From: Candidatus Poribacteria bacterium
Lineage (GTDB): Bacteria; Poribacteria; WGA-4E; WGA-3G
NCBI GenBank assembly: GCA_965214095.1
Contig: OZ243938.1
Location: forward strand, 160,001 to 224,000
Reading direction: 5' to 3'
Length of the DNA: 64,000 nucleotides
Shown: positions 1 to 10,345 of the stretch, in pieces
Layout: the number at the start of each line of letters is the position of its first letter
How positions within the stretch are numbered: position 1 is the stretch's first letter
The notes under the pieces: generated by a model
The model's input: only the letters and a program-made list of their open reading frames with translations
The model's database searches: none
What the model was told of the DNA's origin: nothing
Made by a program: the position numbers and the translations under genes

Positions 1-3000
1 GTTATCACATCCGTTAGGCTACCATCTGATACAGTCAAGGTTACCTGATAACTGCTCTTATCTTCATAATCCAGCGCGGCTTTCGTCTGCAATCGTCTTG
101 TGTTGCTATTGAAACTAAACGCCGCTGCATCCGTACCACCAAACGTATACGTCAATGTTGTATTCGCATCTGGGTCAGTTACCGAAAAAGCAGCTCCAAA
201 CGCTGTCCCTGCTGAAGTGTTTTCAGCAACACTACGTATGGTACTATCACCTTCAGAAAACACCGGGGCTTCATTGACATTCGTCACATTGATCGTGACG
301 CTGATAGTATCTGTCAGGCTACCATCCGAAACAGTTACGGTAACTTCATACGCGTCGTCGTCTTCATAGTTTAAGGATGCACTTGTCTTGATTTGTCCTG
401 TTTTGTCATCAATTGCAAAGGATGATGCGTCCGTGCCACCCAGTTGATATGCAAGCGTTTCGCTATCCTCATCTGAAGCAGATACCGGATCACCGATGTT
501 TGCATCCGATGTTGTATTCTCTGCCACACTCCGAGTCGTCTCTGTACCATCAGAGAATTCCGGCGCAATGTTAGACGGTGTCTCATCTAAATCCCTAATA
601 GAAATACTCACAGCAATCGAATCGGTTAGACTATTATCCGAAACTTTAACCGTGACCGAATAGGACGATTTGGTCTCATAATCAAGGTATGCTTTCGTTT
701 TCAATTGACCCGTTGTTGATTCAATGTCAAACGATGCTTTATCATCTCCATCCAATGTGTATGTAAGCGTATCATTTTCAGGATCAGTCGCCGCGACTGC
801 ACTCCCAATGTTTACCCCCGTTGCAGTATTTTCTGTTATGGAGCGAGTCGTGCTTGTACCTGCTGTGAACGTGGGTGCTTCATTAACATCCACCACGTTG
901 ATGGTAACATTTATACTCGCACTGCCACCGTTGCTATCTGAAACAGAAACCGTGACTGCATAAGACGCTTTGGTTTCATAGTTCAACGCAGCACTGGTTT
1001 TCAATTGTCCAGTTGTGTCATCAATACTAAATGACGATGCATCTGTGCCACCGAGACTGTAGGTTAACGTGTCATTATCCTCATCTGTTGCCTCCACAGC
1101 AGTTCCAATACTCACATCAGTAGCAGTATTCTCATCAATAGAACGCGTGGCACTACTCCCTTCGCTGAACTCTGGAGCACTATTCGTTGTTTCATCTACA
1201 TCAGTGATTTTGATGGTTACAGTAATGGTATCTGTACCTTTATTACCATCAGAGACAGAGATTATAACCGTATAGGAACGTTTCGTTTCATAATCTAATG
1301 CTGCACTGGTCCGCAACTGTCCAGAGGAACTATCTATGCCAAAAGAGGAGGCATCCGTCCCACTAAGACTATAAGTCAGTGTGTCATCTTCATCCGCATC
1401 TGTAGCACCCACAGCAGTGCCGATATTCACTCCCGAAGCTGTGTTTTCTGCTACAGAACGCGTGGTCGTGTTTCCTTCAGTAAATGTCGGTGCTCTGTTG
1501 GGTACGTCAGTGTCCTTCGTTTCTGTTTCATCTTGAGTATCTTGGGGTTCAGTAGTCTCTTCATCTATATCAACCACATTGATCGTTACATTAATGCTGT
1601 CCGATAAAACTCCATCGGAGACAGTGATTGTCACCACATAAAAAGTTGTTGCTTCATAATCAAGTGCAGATTTCGTTTTGAGTTGTCCTGTGCTGGAATC
1701 TATATCAAACGCGCTGGCATCTGTGCCACCGAGGCTATAAGTGAGCGTATTGTTTTCTGCATCTGATGCCGTAATAGCAGTGCCAATATTTGTACCTGCT
1801 TCAGTGTTCTCATCCACTTCACGTGTGGTCGCAGTGCCATCAGCAAATACAGGAGCCGTATTTATAGTTTCAAAAATCTCTATCGGTAGGTCGTTAGATT
1901 TGGCAAACGCATATCCTGTATGTCCAATGGGTAGGATCGGGAGGCTACCAATATCAACGGTGACTGCAGCAAACGTGTTAGAAGCGCGCAATACCGTTAG
2001 CGGTAGACTTTCAATACTCCCAGCAGGAATCGTTATGGTAGTCACATTATCGGCAAGGTTACCACTCGTGACGGTGATCGGTAAGACTATATCTGATGGT
2101 GCACCACTCGGTAGGCTGGCTTTGAACATGTTTGTGCCAACTTTCTGTAATGAAATGGTGAACGGAAGTGGGTCAACGGTGTTACCACTCAAATCCAATG
2201 TTGTTAAAGAAGTCAAACCTACAAATATACCATCAGGCAGACTATCCAATTGGTTATTGCTCAAGTTAAGAGATGTAAGAGACAGCAATCCTGTGAAATC
2301 ATCTGAATTGAGAGTTGAAACTGACATACCGCTCATGTCCAGCGATGTAATTGTCGCAAGGTGAACATCCGATACGTTACGGCAATCATCAATACCTTGC
2401 AGGGCCTCTACAATCGCATCACTCACCTGGATCGTCCGGTTGCAAACAGTAGATTTCGCGAGAATATAACCGAAATGGTTAGCAGGTAACGTTGGCAATA
2501 CACCGATATTTACATCTGAGGTAGTAGCAGTAAATACAGCACTTTCAAGACTTCCTTTTGGTATGGTTGTCGATGTTATACTTGCACCATTGATCGATAA
2601 CTCAACATCAAAGGGTGCACCAGCAAATATGACCGCCTTGAACTGATTTACATCAACTTGTTGCAGTGAAACATTTAGCGGGAATGGGTCAATCTGGTTC
2701 CCACCTAAACGCAGATTTGTGAGAGATGTCAAACCATCAAAGATACCCACTGGTAGGCTGTTCAACATATTACCGTATAGGTTTAGATTTGTGAGACCTG
2801 TCAACCCAGAAAAGTCACCTGTTTTCAGTTCGGTAATCCCTGCGGAACGAAAGTCAAGTGAGGTGATTTCGGCAAGGTGTGTGTCGGTAATGTCTTCGGC
2901 ATCGTTCACACTCGAAACCGCTGCAACGATAGCGTCACGAACTTGTGCAGTGCGATCACTGACAGGTAGCACTGTAGAGACCAAGACAGTTTCGACCACG

Positions 3001-4019
3001 TCAATGACACCAATGATGACAGTAATTGTATCTGTCAGACTATCATCGGATACAGAAATAGTTACCGTGTAGACGCGTTTTGTTTCATAATCTAATGGTG
3101 CTTTTGTCTTCAACTGTCCAGTCGTAGAATCTATATCAAACGATGCGGCATCAATCCCACTTAGACTGTAGGTTAAATTATCCTCATCAGCATCTGTGGC
3201 AGAGACAGCACTGCCAATATTAGAATCTGCAGCTGTATTCTCTGCTATATAACGGATCGTGGTAGTACCATCAGAAAATTCAGGTGCACTGTTTTCTGGC
3301 GTTTCTAAAGTATCAGTCGTATCAGTCGTTTCTGTTATATCGGTAGTATCGGTTTCTGTTACAGCACTGATAACTTCAATCGGTAATGTATCAGGTTTTG
3401 TAAGGGTATAGCCGTAATGGTCTGTTGGTAAACTGGGTAAGGTCCCAATATTAACGGTTACAGCGGCGGTTGTGTCAGCGGTACGTGTGAGGGTCAACAA
3501 CGCACTACTATCTATACTACCTTTGGAAATCGTGAGTGTCGTTTCATCGTCTGAAACAGTGGCGTTAGCAGCACTGATCGGCACAACAATATCAAACGGT
3601 GCACCTGTCGGTACTACGACTTTGAATTGATCCTCACCGACCTTTTCAACTGTGACTGAAATCGGTAACGGATCCACAGCATTGCTACCCAAACGTAAAC
3701 TCGTCAGTGAGGTTAAACCTTCGAATATTCCATTGGGTAGACTACTAAGTTCATTATTATACAAGTTAAGACTTGTCAATCCTGTCAAACCAGAAAAGTC
3801 ACCGAATTTCAATTCCGTAATTGCTTTGTTGCGAAGGTTTAAACTCGTTATTTCCGCTAAATGTGTCGCGGTAACCTCCGTAGCGGAATCTACCCCAGTT
3901 GTTGCAACAATAGCATCACGCACTTCAGATGTCCGATCTGCTACTGGCAAAATCTCTGTCTCCCCTCTCACTCCGATACAAACAAGCAATAAACAAATGA
4001 CTGAAATTAGGTATCTCAA
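1..4019 (-). CDS. Large secreted LRR + cadherin-repeat surface protein (3' end runs off the window)
   Basis: Missing from the ORF track, apparently because its stop lies outside the window. Read by hand: RBS GAGGGGAG, then TTG at 4019, signal-like MRYLISVICLLLVCIGVRG. Three LRR modules (e.g. HLAEITSLNLRNKAITELKFGDFSGLTGLTSLNLYNNELSSLPNGIFEGLTSLTSLRL) and at least 7 cadherin-like repeats (NxAPxFxEG...LDYE...VTVSDG). The frame at position 5 matches the start frame. Confidence 0.85.
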   Translation of the reverse strand, partial: MRYLISVICLLLVCIGVRGETEILPVADRTSEVRDAIVATTGVDSATEVTATHLAEITSLNLRNKAITELKFGDFSGLTGLTSLNLYNNELSSLPNGIFEGLTSLTSLRLGSNAVDPLPISVTVEKVGEDQFKVVVPTGAPFDIVVPISAANATVSDDETTLTISKGSIDSSALLTLTRTADTTAAVTVNIGTLPSLPTDHYGYTLTKPDTLPIEVISAVTETDTTDITETTDTTDTLETPENSAPEFSDGTTTIRYIAENTAADSNIGSAVSATDADEDNLTYSLSGIDAASFDIDSTTGQLKTKAPLDYETKRVYTVTISVSDDSLTDTITVIIGVIDVVETVLVSTVLPVSDRTAQVRDAIVAAVSSVNDAEDITDTHLAEITSLDFRSAGITELKTGDFSGLTGLTNLNLYGNMLNSLPVGIFDGLTSLTNLRLGGNQIDPFPLNVSLQQVDVNQFKAVIFAGAPFDVELSINGASITSTTIPKGSLESAVFTATTSDVNIGVLPTLPANHFGYILAKSTVCNRTIQVSDAIVEALQGIDDCRNVSDVHLATITSLDMSGMSVSTLNSDDFTGLLSLTSLNLSNNQLDSLPDGIFVGLTSLTTLDLSGNTVDPLPFTISLQKVGTNMFKASLPSGAPSDIVLPITVTSGNLADNVTTITIPAGSIESLPLTVLRASNTFAAVTVDIGSLPILPIGHTGYAFAKSNDLPIEIFETINTAPVFADGTATTREVDENTEAGTNIGTAITASDAENNTLTYSLGGTDASAFDIDSSTGQLKTKSALDYEATTFYVVTITVSDGVLSDSINVTINVVDIDEETTEPQDTQDETETKDTDVPNRAPTFTEGNTTTRSVAENTASGVNIGTAVGATDADEDDTLTYSLSGTDASSFGIDSSSGQLRTSAALDYETKRSYTVIISVSDGNKGTDTITVTIKITDVDETTNSAPEFSEGSSATRSIDENTATDVSIGTAVEATDEDNDTLTYSLGGTDASSFSIDDTTGQLKTSAALNYETKASYAVTVSVSDSNGGSASINVTINVVDVNEAPTFTAGTSTTRSITENTATGVNIGSAVAATDPENDTLTYTLDGDDKASFDIESTTGQLKTKAYLDYETKSSYSVTVKVSDNSLTDSIAVSISIRDLDETPSNIAPEFSDGTETTRSVAENTTSDANIGDPVSASDEDSETLAYQLGGTDASSFAIDDKTGQIKTSASLNYEDDDAYEVTVTVSDGSLTDTISVTINVTNVNEAPVFSEGDSTIRSVAENTSAGTAFGAAFSVTDPDANTTLTYTFGGTDAAAFSFNSNTRRLQTKAALDYEDKSSYQVTLTVSDGSLTDVI

Positions 4020-4262
4020 AAGCTTCTCCCCTCAATTTTGACATTTACTGCAAACAGATAAATAAATGTCAATTAGCAAATAAAAATGTTTATCTAATCA
4101 ATATATCCTCGCTATAAATACATATTAAGTATTTTATTTTGTAATTTATTATTCTCTTATTATAATATGTCTTAACATGTAAATTATATACGTTTTTAAT
4201 TTAAATGCAAATAATATTTTGTAAATACGTAAAGTTTATGAAATGAAAAAGATGGGAACTCT

Positions 4263-4374
4263 TGTAGGAAGGGGTTGCTAACCCGCCTGTCAAAATATTC
4301 GTAGTTGCGCAATTCATTACGCCTCTGACATTATCCTGAAAATCTAATAATCCTGAAAATCCTGGTTCAGACAA
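4263..4374. repeat. Composite cluster of REP-like repeats
   Basis: TGTAGGAAGGGGTTGCTAACCCGCCT (4263-4288), CGTAGTTGCGCAATTCATTACGCCTCT (4300-4326), and ATCCTGAAAATC twice followed by CTGGTTCAGACAA (4333-4374). Related copies occur elsewhere in the window. Confidence 0.7.
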
Positions 4375-4475
4375 AAAGAATGTCCCTAAATTGCCACTAT
4401 ACAGATTCCTTGCAAAAAATCCTATTTTGTGATAGTATGGAGATTAAAATAATACATGCATTGAGACATTCCAAA

Positions 4476-7400
4476 ATGAATTCAACAAAAGATATTATCA
4501 GCCGTTGCCATCAACGACACAATGACCCGCTACGACAACGCAAAACAGTCGTTACACCTGCCATCTACAAAGGCATATTAAATCACTACACAGTCTATTG
4601 TGCACACAGCCTACCCATCAGGCTTCACGATTTAGAACGGGCAAATATATCCTTCATGCCCGTAGGCGGGGCACCAACTTATGACCGAATGCCACAATCT
4701 TACGGCGGTGACCGTTTCTTGAAACGACAAGGAATAGAAAGTTGGGATATCAGAAACTGGCATACTTCCTGGGGTATTCAAGTATATACCGGCATGCCTT
4801 CAGAACTAAACGGTAGCACATGGCACGACTTGGAATTTACATATCAGGCTATCTGCAATGCACCAGAAACGGTGCTTGAATGTGTTGATACTTTGGTCAA
4901 TTTCGTTGCTAACCCATTATTAACAATCACAAAATCCGGTGGACTACGTTTTACATGCAGAATTGAGAATTATCTGCATCAAAATACACATACAGATCGC
5001 TTTTACGTATATCAGGATAAAGTAACTCCTGAAAATCAACATCAACGTGAAGTATACCTTGAAATACTTGGAAAGGAAGGACATAGTGCATGGGATGCGC
5101 GTTACGAGATACTGTTCGGAAACCTTCTGGACCCACCTGTGATCGAAAAAGAGGTATTCTTGGCAGCAATTAATACCCTTCGACAGGCTCTCCACCAACC
5201 CTCATCCAGAGAAAAAACTGATGAAAACCTTGAGTTATTGCCGACAAATATCGTTTCACCGTTTTCACTAAGTTCACAAAAATTGGATCTCGCCAAGGAA
5301 ACACTTTTAGCTCGAGGATTCGTATATCTCCGTAAAGAAGAAAATATCCACCATTGGACGAAACACAATACAGAAAGTTCCGACACAGATGTATTGTTAT
5401 GGGAACATGGCAGTAACGTATGGATACGCGCAGCGAACCCAAATAGCGGCGTACCGACTGAAGATACGCAAATTACTGATATATGGGACGATACCGGAAT
5501 CTTACCACAGATACCCGAAAACGGGTTGCCAGTGTCTACACAGATCCAGGAAATTCGTGATCGTAGACTCACGCCATTAGTCATTAAACGTCCCAATCAA
5601 GTGCTGGAGAAGTCGGAGAAAGAAGAGAAACAAACCATAACAGCCGCTGATGCTATCTCACAAATACAACACGCTTTTGAAAACGATATTAGTATAGCTG
5701 GAATTAACGCCGCGGATACTGCAAAAAGAAACAATTACGCGGTTGAAACGCTTTTGCTTCAACATTCTCCAATCATATTGAGTTCACAAACACGTATATT
5801 AAATGGAGCAACCGAACATTTTCAGAACCAAAACATACCTTCAGTCATAAGGTGGAGACGATACCGATATTTATGGAATGAGGTAAAAGATATACCCGTT
5901 GCTACACGCATGAAAGCACCTTTCAAAAACGGAAATGTATGTGAAGACGCTGAACGATGCGGCACTTTGAAAAACAAAGGTGTGAACCCCACTCAGACAA
6001 TCTGCCTACAGTGTCCTGTATATACAACATGTCAGCAACACGGATACCTATCACAATACAAAATACTACAAAACGCAAACATTCAGCTTATTGCCAGTCC
6101 AGAACACTTTTTAGATCCAGCACGCTACGGATTTGTTGAGGATATCATAAGACACAGCAACGACTCAGAACGAATCTGCATCATTGACGATATGAGTACA
6201 GATGATCTCTTCATAAATTGTTATGTCGGTTTATCTACATTAAAGAAATGGAATAATGATTGGGAAGGAGAGCCTTTAGGTAACTTCACACGCGCTTTGC
6301 TCAATACGCTACAAATGAAAGGTGGACCCGACGATCTACTTGTTCAAAGAATACGCACACTGATGCACGCATTTCTACCTTATCAGGAACAGATTACTCA
6401 GCAGATGCGTCAAGTCAATTTGAACTGCAGAATACTTAAAGAAAGAACAATCGATGAAAAAGACAAAACAGTTCTTGCACAATATAAAATCGTGTTTGAA
6501 AACGATGTCACTGCACATATCCCGATAAACGATGCCGCCGCTGATAGACTCAGAGCATTGGAACGTACTGTGCTTCCTATAGATATAGAACACTATACAC
6601 CCAACAAGGACATCAAAGTCCAAATCCCAATAGAACAAGCAATACGATTAGGTATATTAGATATATCAACACCAGAGAAGATATACGATATACCCACAAC
6701 CTATCAGAATCCGGAATGGACATTGTGGCATCAACTCAAACGATTCTTTGCACACTACGCTCGGAATACAGACGCTCCAATGATGTGGTACAACAATTGC
6801 CTAAATTTCTGGGTTCCGCCAATTCTTCACCCAAACATAAAAAAACTTCTTGTCATATCACCAACGGTCTCTGAACATGATTTACAGAGAGTATTCCAGA
6901 ATGAAAAAATAAAGGTGGAAAAAATAAAACCTACACCTTGGGCAGAAGGAACACAAGTTTTTCAAATTCGCACTGGAATTCATTGGATCAAAACGATGTT
7001 AGACCATGATACCACTTGGGATGTTCTCGGACTCACAAACATTGGTAAACGGTTTATGCAAGGTATCTGTGCTGAAATCCAAAGAAGCAAGAACACTAAA
7101 CATGCAATTATCTCATACCAGCCGATCATAGACCAATTAAATGACCTTACATCAGAAGATAACATGTGTGTAGCAATGACTTTCGAAAACGCAGCTCGTT
7201 TAGAAACCTTCGACACAGATATACAAGTCCTATGGCTTGTCGGAACGCCATCTTGGCAACCAAATTTAACATGGAGACACGCACAAATACTTTACGGAAA
7301 TGATGAAAAACCACTATCCTATGACACTGATATACATTTCCAACAACACAAAGACCCGCGTCTTCAGCACGTGTATTTACAAAGAATTACTCACTCCATC

Positions 7401-7883
7401 ACAGATATTCTCGGAAAGATAGGATTGAGCCACCTGCCGAACAAAAAGGTTGTCCTGATTAATAGTATTCAAATACCAAACATCACCGATAGACCCGAAA
7501 CTTTACTTTTCGATTGGGAAGATTTCGAGATTGCAGGTAATCTTGACAAACTCGCAGAAACAATCGCTATACGACAAAAGTTTGAAACTGAACGAGCCAA
7601 CCTAACTGCAGACTGCAGCAGAGAAAAAGTCGAACGGATTGTAGGTTGTTCCTCCAGACAAGCGAACCGTATATTACAGCAACTTCGTGGTGGGAATATA
7701 CCGCACATAACCTATCGTGAGCAAATACTATCACTGCTTACAGAGGGTGAGAAAAAGGCATCTGATATAACAGAGGCAATTGAAGGTAATCCAACATCAA
7801 TAAATAATGAACTCGCACGACTACTCAAGATTGGTGAGATTATTAAGGTCCGTTGGGGTGTATACACTCTTCCCAATGAATAA
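4476..7883 (+). CDS. Large hypothetical protein; degenerate Prim-Pol + SF2-helicase-like + C-terminal HTH/wHTH
   Basis: ORF 4380..7883; ATG 4476 preferred because a TTGCAA/GATAGT promoter-like element lies just upstream. Motifs: WGIQVYTG...WHDLEF...TKSGGLRF; Cys cluster CEDAERC...CLQCPVYTTC; RICIIDD; terminal wHTH ending ...INNELARLLKIGEIIKVRWGVY. Confidence 0.6.
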   Translation: MNSTKDIISRCHQRHNDPLRQRKTVVTPAIYKGILNHYTVYCAHSLPIRLHDLERANISFMPVGGAPTYDRMPQSYGGDRFLKRQGIESWDIRNWHTSWGIQVYTGMPSELNGSTWHDLEFTYQAICNAPETVLECVDTLVNFVANPLLTITKSGGLRFTCRIENYLHQNTHTDRFYVYQDKVTPENQHQREVYLEILGKEGHSAWDARYEILFGNLLDPPVIEKEVFLAAINTLRQALHQPSSREKTDENLELLPTNIVSPFSLSSQKLDLAKETLLARGFVYLRKEENIHHWTKHNTESSDTDVLLWEHGSNVWIRAANPNSGVPTEDTQITDIWDDTGILPQIPENGLPVSTQIQEIRDRRLTPLVIKRPNQVLEKSEKEEKQTITAADAISQIQHAFENDISIAGINAADTAKRNNYAVETLLLQHSPIILSSQTRILNGATEHFQNQNIPSVIRWRRYRYLWNEVKDIPVATRMKAPFKNGNVCEDAERCGTLKNKGVNPTQTICLQCPVYTTCQQHGYLSQYKILQNANIQLIASPEHFLDPARYGFVEDIIRHSNDSERICIIDDMSTDDLFINCYVGLSTLKKWNNDWEGEPLGNFTRALLNTLQMKGGPDDLLVQRIRTLMHAFLPYQEQITQQMRQVNLNCRILKERTIDEKDKTVLAQYKIVFENDVTAHIPINDAAADRLRALERTVLPIDIEHYTPNKDIKVQIPIEQAIRLGILDISTPEKIYDIPTTYQNPEWTLWHQLKRFFAHYARNTDAPMMWYNNCLNFWVPPILHPNIKKLLVISPTVSEHDLQRVFQNEKIKVEKIKPTPWAEGTQVFQIRTGIHWIKTMLDHDTTWDVLGLTNIGKRFMQGICAEIQRSKNTKHAIISYQPIIDQLNDLTSEDNMCVAMTFENAARLETFDTDIQVLWLVGTPSWQPNLTWRHAQILYGNDEKPLSYDTDIHFQQHKDPRLQHVYLQRITHSITDILGKIGLSHLPNKKVVLINSIQIPNITDRPETLLFDWEDFEIAGNLDKLAETIAIRQKFETERANLTADCSREKVERIVGCSSRQANRILQQLRGGNIPHITYREQILSLLTEGEKKASDITEAIEGNPTSINNELARLLKIGEIIKVRWGVYTLPNE

Positions 7884-8181
7884 GATCAATAAATGTACTG
7901 TCATCGGAAATTTAGACCACTACCTATAAACCCATACATATACTGCGTTTATAGACAATTTACCTGTCTTACAGTATGTGAGAGATTTCTTACAGTTTCG
8001 TAACTTTTCAAGAAGGAGACAAACCATGGAAGGACAAGATAAACACAATGAATTTGCTGCAGATGTTACACAAAATACATGAAAACCTACGATGTCATCG
8101 CAACCAAAACCAACAAAATAACAAGAACATACTACAGCGTATCTCATAACTATTATTACACACCCCAAATCTCTCCTTCAT

Positions 8182-8210
8182 TTGACATGCCATCAACAAT
8201 ATCGTATAAT
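8182..8210 (+). promoter_or_regulatory. Sigma70 consensus promoter
   Basis: TTGACA-17 nt-TATAAT, followed by the palindrome CTTAATTAATTAAG; lies upstream of the 8243 gene. Confidence 0.85.
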
Positions 8211-8242
8211 ACTTAATTAATTAAGGAACATTGGAGACACCA

Positions 8243-9409
8243 ATGACAAACTATCGCGTAGCAATACTCGGCTGTCGAAGTCGTGGCACATCCGCGGCAA
8301 AGGCATATCATGCACATCCCCGCACAGAGATTGTAGCACTTTGTGATCTCGTTCAGGACAGGTTAGATGCACTCGGAAAAATTGTCAATGTATCTACTCA
8401 TTTCACAGATTTGGATGAGATGATTACACAGACAAAGCCGGACATCGTTGCTATTCCCACAGCAACTGAAATGCACTATCCGCTCTGTATGCGTGTACTT
8501 GAACATGGCGTAAACATTGAAGTCGAAAAACCCTTATGTGCAGACTTAGTTCAAGCAGATGCAGTTATCGCAAAAGCGAAGCAGAAAAATGCACGTGTTG
8601 TTGTCCATCATCAAAGACGTGTAAGTCCTACAATACAAGCTGTTGCCAATTCCCTTGACGAAGGTAAAATTGGTGAATTGCGTTATATGTACGCATGTGG
8701 AAAAGGATATTATGCTGGCTACGGATTGATGAATATCGGCACACATGTAGTCAACAATATGCTCCGATTTGGTGGTCATTGCAAAAGTGTTGTTACCCAA
8801 GCGACAGCAGGCGGACGCGAACTTATACCTGAAGATGTCCTACAATCACCCGCAGGTATGGGGACAGTCACTGCAGAATACACTACCTCAACACTACAAT
8901 TTGATGGTAATGTAACTGGTACTCTCATTCAACAAAGGTTTCCTATCGTCAGTAGTGATGCGTACGTTTTAGAACTCTATGGAAGCGAAGGAAGATTGTT
9001 CTGGTCTGAATTGAAAGGAGCATGGTGGTTACCGACCCCTCACTTTGTTCCTGATGGCACACACGACAAATGGGAGAGACTCACGCCGATCTATCCTGAT
9101 CATTTTGATAGTGACAAAGGGGCAGATGCTGACGATTATTGCATGGTAGATGAATATGTTAATGCTTTGGACGAAAAGCGAGAACATGAATGCAGTGGCG
9201 AAGAAGGTCGTCATGTTATGGAGATTTTAATGGCAGTTTTTGAGTCTGCAGTTTATGGAACGCGTGTAAAATTACCGCAGCAGAATCGCGAACACCCCTT
9301 AATCCGATGGCGCGAAGAAAACGGTCTCGGTCCACTTAAAGAAATGCCACGTGATTACGGTTCATGGTTATCAATGGAAGACGAACGTTTATATGGACAA
9401 AATAAGTAG
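8243..9409 (+). CDS. Gfo/Idh/MocA family oxidoreductase
   Basis: Rossmann start YRVAILGCRSRG, VEKPL motif, LMNIGTH; GGAG RBS before ATG 8243. Confidence 0.9.
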   Translation: MTNYRVAILGCRSRGTSAAKAYHAHPRTEIVALCDLVQDRLDALGKIVNVSTHFTDLDEMITQTKPDIVAIPTATEMHYPLCMRVLEHGVNIEVEKPLCADLVQADAVIAKAKQKNARVVVHHQRRVSPTIQAVANSLDEGKIGELRYMYACGKGYYAGYGLMNIGTHVVNNMLRFGGHCKSVVTQATAGGRELIPEDVLQSPAGMGTVTAEYTTSTLQFDGNVTGTLIQQRFPIVSSDAYVLELYGSEGRLFWSELKGAWWLPTPHFVPDGTHDKWERLTPIYPDHFDSDKGADADDYCMVDEYVNALDEKREHECSGEEGRHVMEILMAVFESAVYGTRVKLPQQNREHPLIRWREENGLGPLKEMPRDYGSWLSMEDERLYGQNK

Positions 9410-9428
9410 TACATATTAACCCAGACTT

Positions 9429-9453
9429 TGTAGCCGCGCTTTTTAAGCACGCT
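9429..9453 (+). repeat. GTAG-type REP-like palindrome (family B)
   Basis: TGTAGCCGCGCTTTTTAAGCACGCT; close copy at 48599-48623, weaker copy at 27847-27871. Confidence 0.6.
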
Positions 9454-9497
9454 AAACACTCACATATTATAGTTTAATTCTATAGCGAGAATATCTT

Positions 9498-10304
9498 ATG
9501 CCAAATCCAACGACAAATGCTGACAATTTACCACCTGTACCACTAACGGAAGACCAGCGATTTCTGTTTGATACACGAGGTTGGTTACTATTTCCCGGTG
9601 TGCTAAATGAAACGGAAACTAAAGAGATGCGTGAATTCTGTTATCAACTTAAACAGGATCCAGAATCTATACCAGCACACCATCGTTCATCTATCGGAGG
9701 ACCACTGGAAAAGTTGACTGATCATCCAGTCGTTCTCGGTTTTATGAATGAATTTCTAACATCTGGTTATGCCAATGATAATTGTTACGGTTTCCGCTTT
9801 GAAGGCACTTTCTTGACAATACGGGGGAATGGACACGATAACTTCCGACCTCACGGTGGACGAGGAATGCTAAACTTTCCCGGAAATTCACACACTTATC
9901 ATCTACACCATGATAAAGCACATAGTGGGTTGACCCGCGTTGTATGGGAACTCAACCCTGTAAAGGAAGGTGGTGGTGGAACGATGTTTCTAACGGGTAG
10001 CCATAAAGGGGCGTTTCCAGCTCCACAATCCACGGCAGACCGAAATTCACCGCTATGGGAGGATTATAGTTGTCCTGCAGGATCAGTTCTGATTTTCACT
10101 GAAGCAATTACACACACTGGGGCAAAATGGACTGATGAGGAATTAGACCGTGTGGCTATTTTCAACTGCTATAATACAGTTGGCAACAAATGGCACAGTT
10201 GGGAACCACATCCAATGCACCTTGAAGAGATGTCTTTCAAACGGAAAACACTATTCCGTCCGGTATATTGTCAAAACAATACCCCAACGTTAGATGCTGT
10301 CTAA
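9498..10304 (+). CDS. Phytanoyl-CoA dioxygenase (PhyH) family protein
   Basis: FLFDTRGWLL start, GGTMFLTGSHK, CPAGSVLIFTEAITH; the HxD position reads HGG. Confidence 0.8.
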   Translation: MPNPTTNADNLPPVPLTEDQRFLFDTRGWLLFPGVLNETETKEMREFCYQLKQDPESIPAHHRSSIGGPLEKLTDHPVVLGFMNEFLTSGYANDNCYGFRFEGTFLTIRGNGHDNFRPHGGRGMLNFPGNSHTYHLHHDKAHSGLTRVVWELNPVKEGGGGTMFLTGSHKGAFPAPQSTADRNSPLWEDYSCPAGSVLIFTEAITHTGAKWTDEELDRVAIFNCYNTVGNKWHSWEPHPMHLEEMSFKRKTLFRPVYCQNNTPTLDAV

Positions 10305-10345
10305 AACAGTAATGTACCATAACTCATCAACATAGAGAGTTTCTT

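Noticed and set aside
100-4041. Plus-strand V/S/T-rich ORFs in the track
   Set aside because: Antisense shadows of the minus-strand LRR-cadherin gene.
8080-8121. Selenocysteine read-through of the micro-ORF TGA
   Set aside because: No convincing SECIS hairpin downstream and no redox motif.
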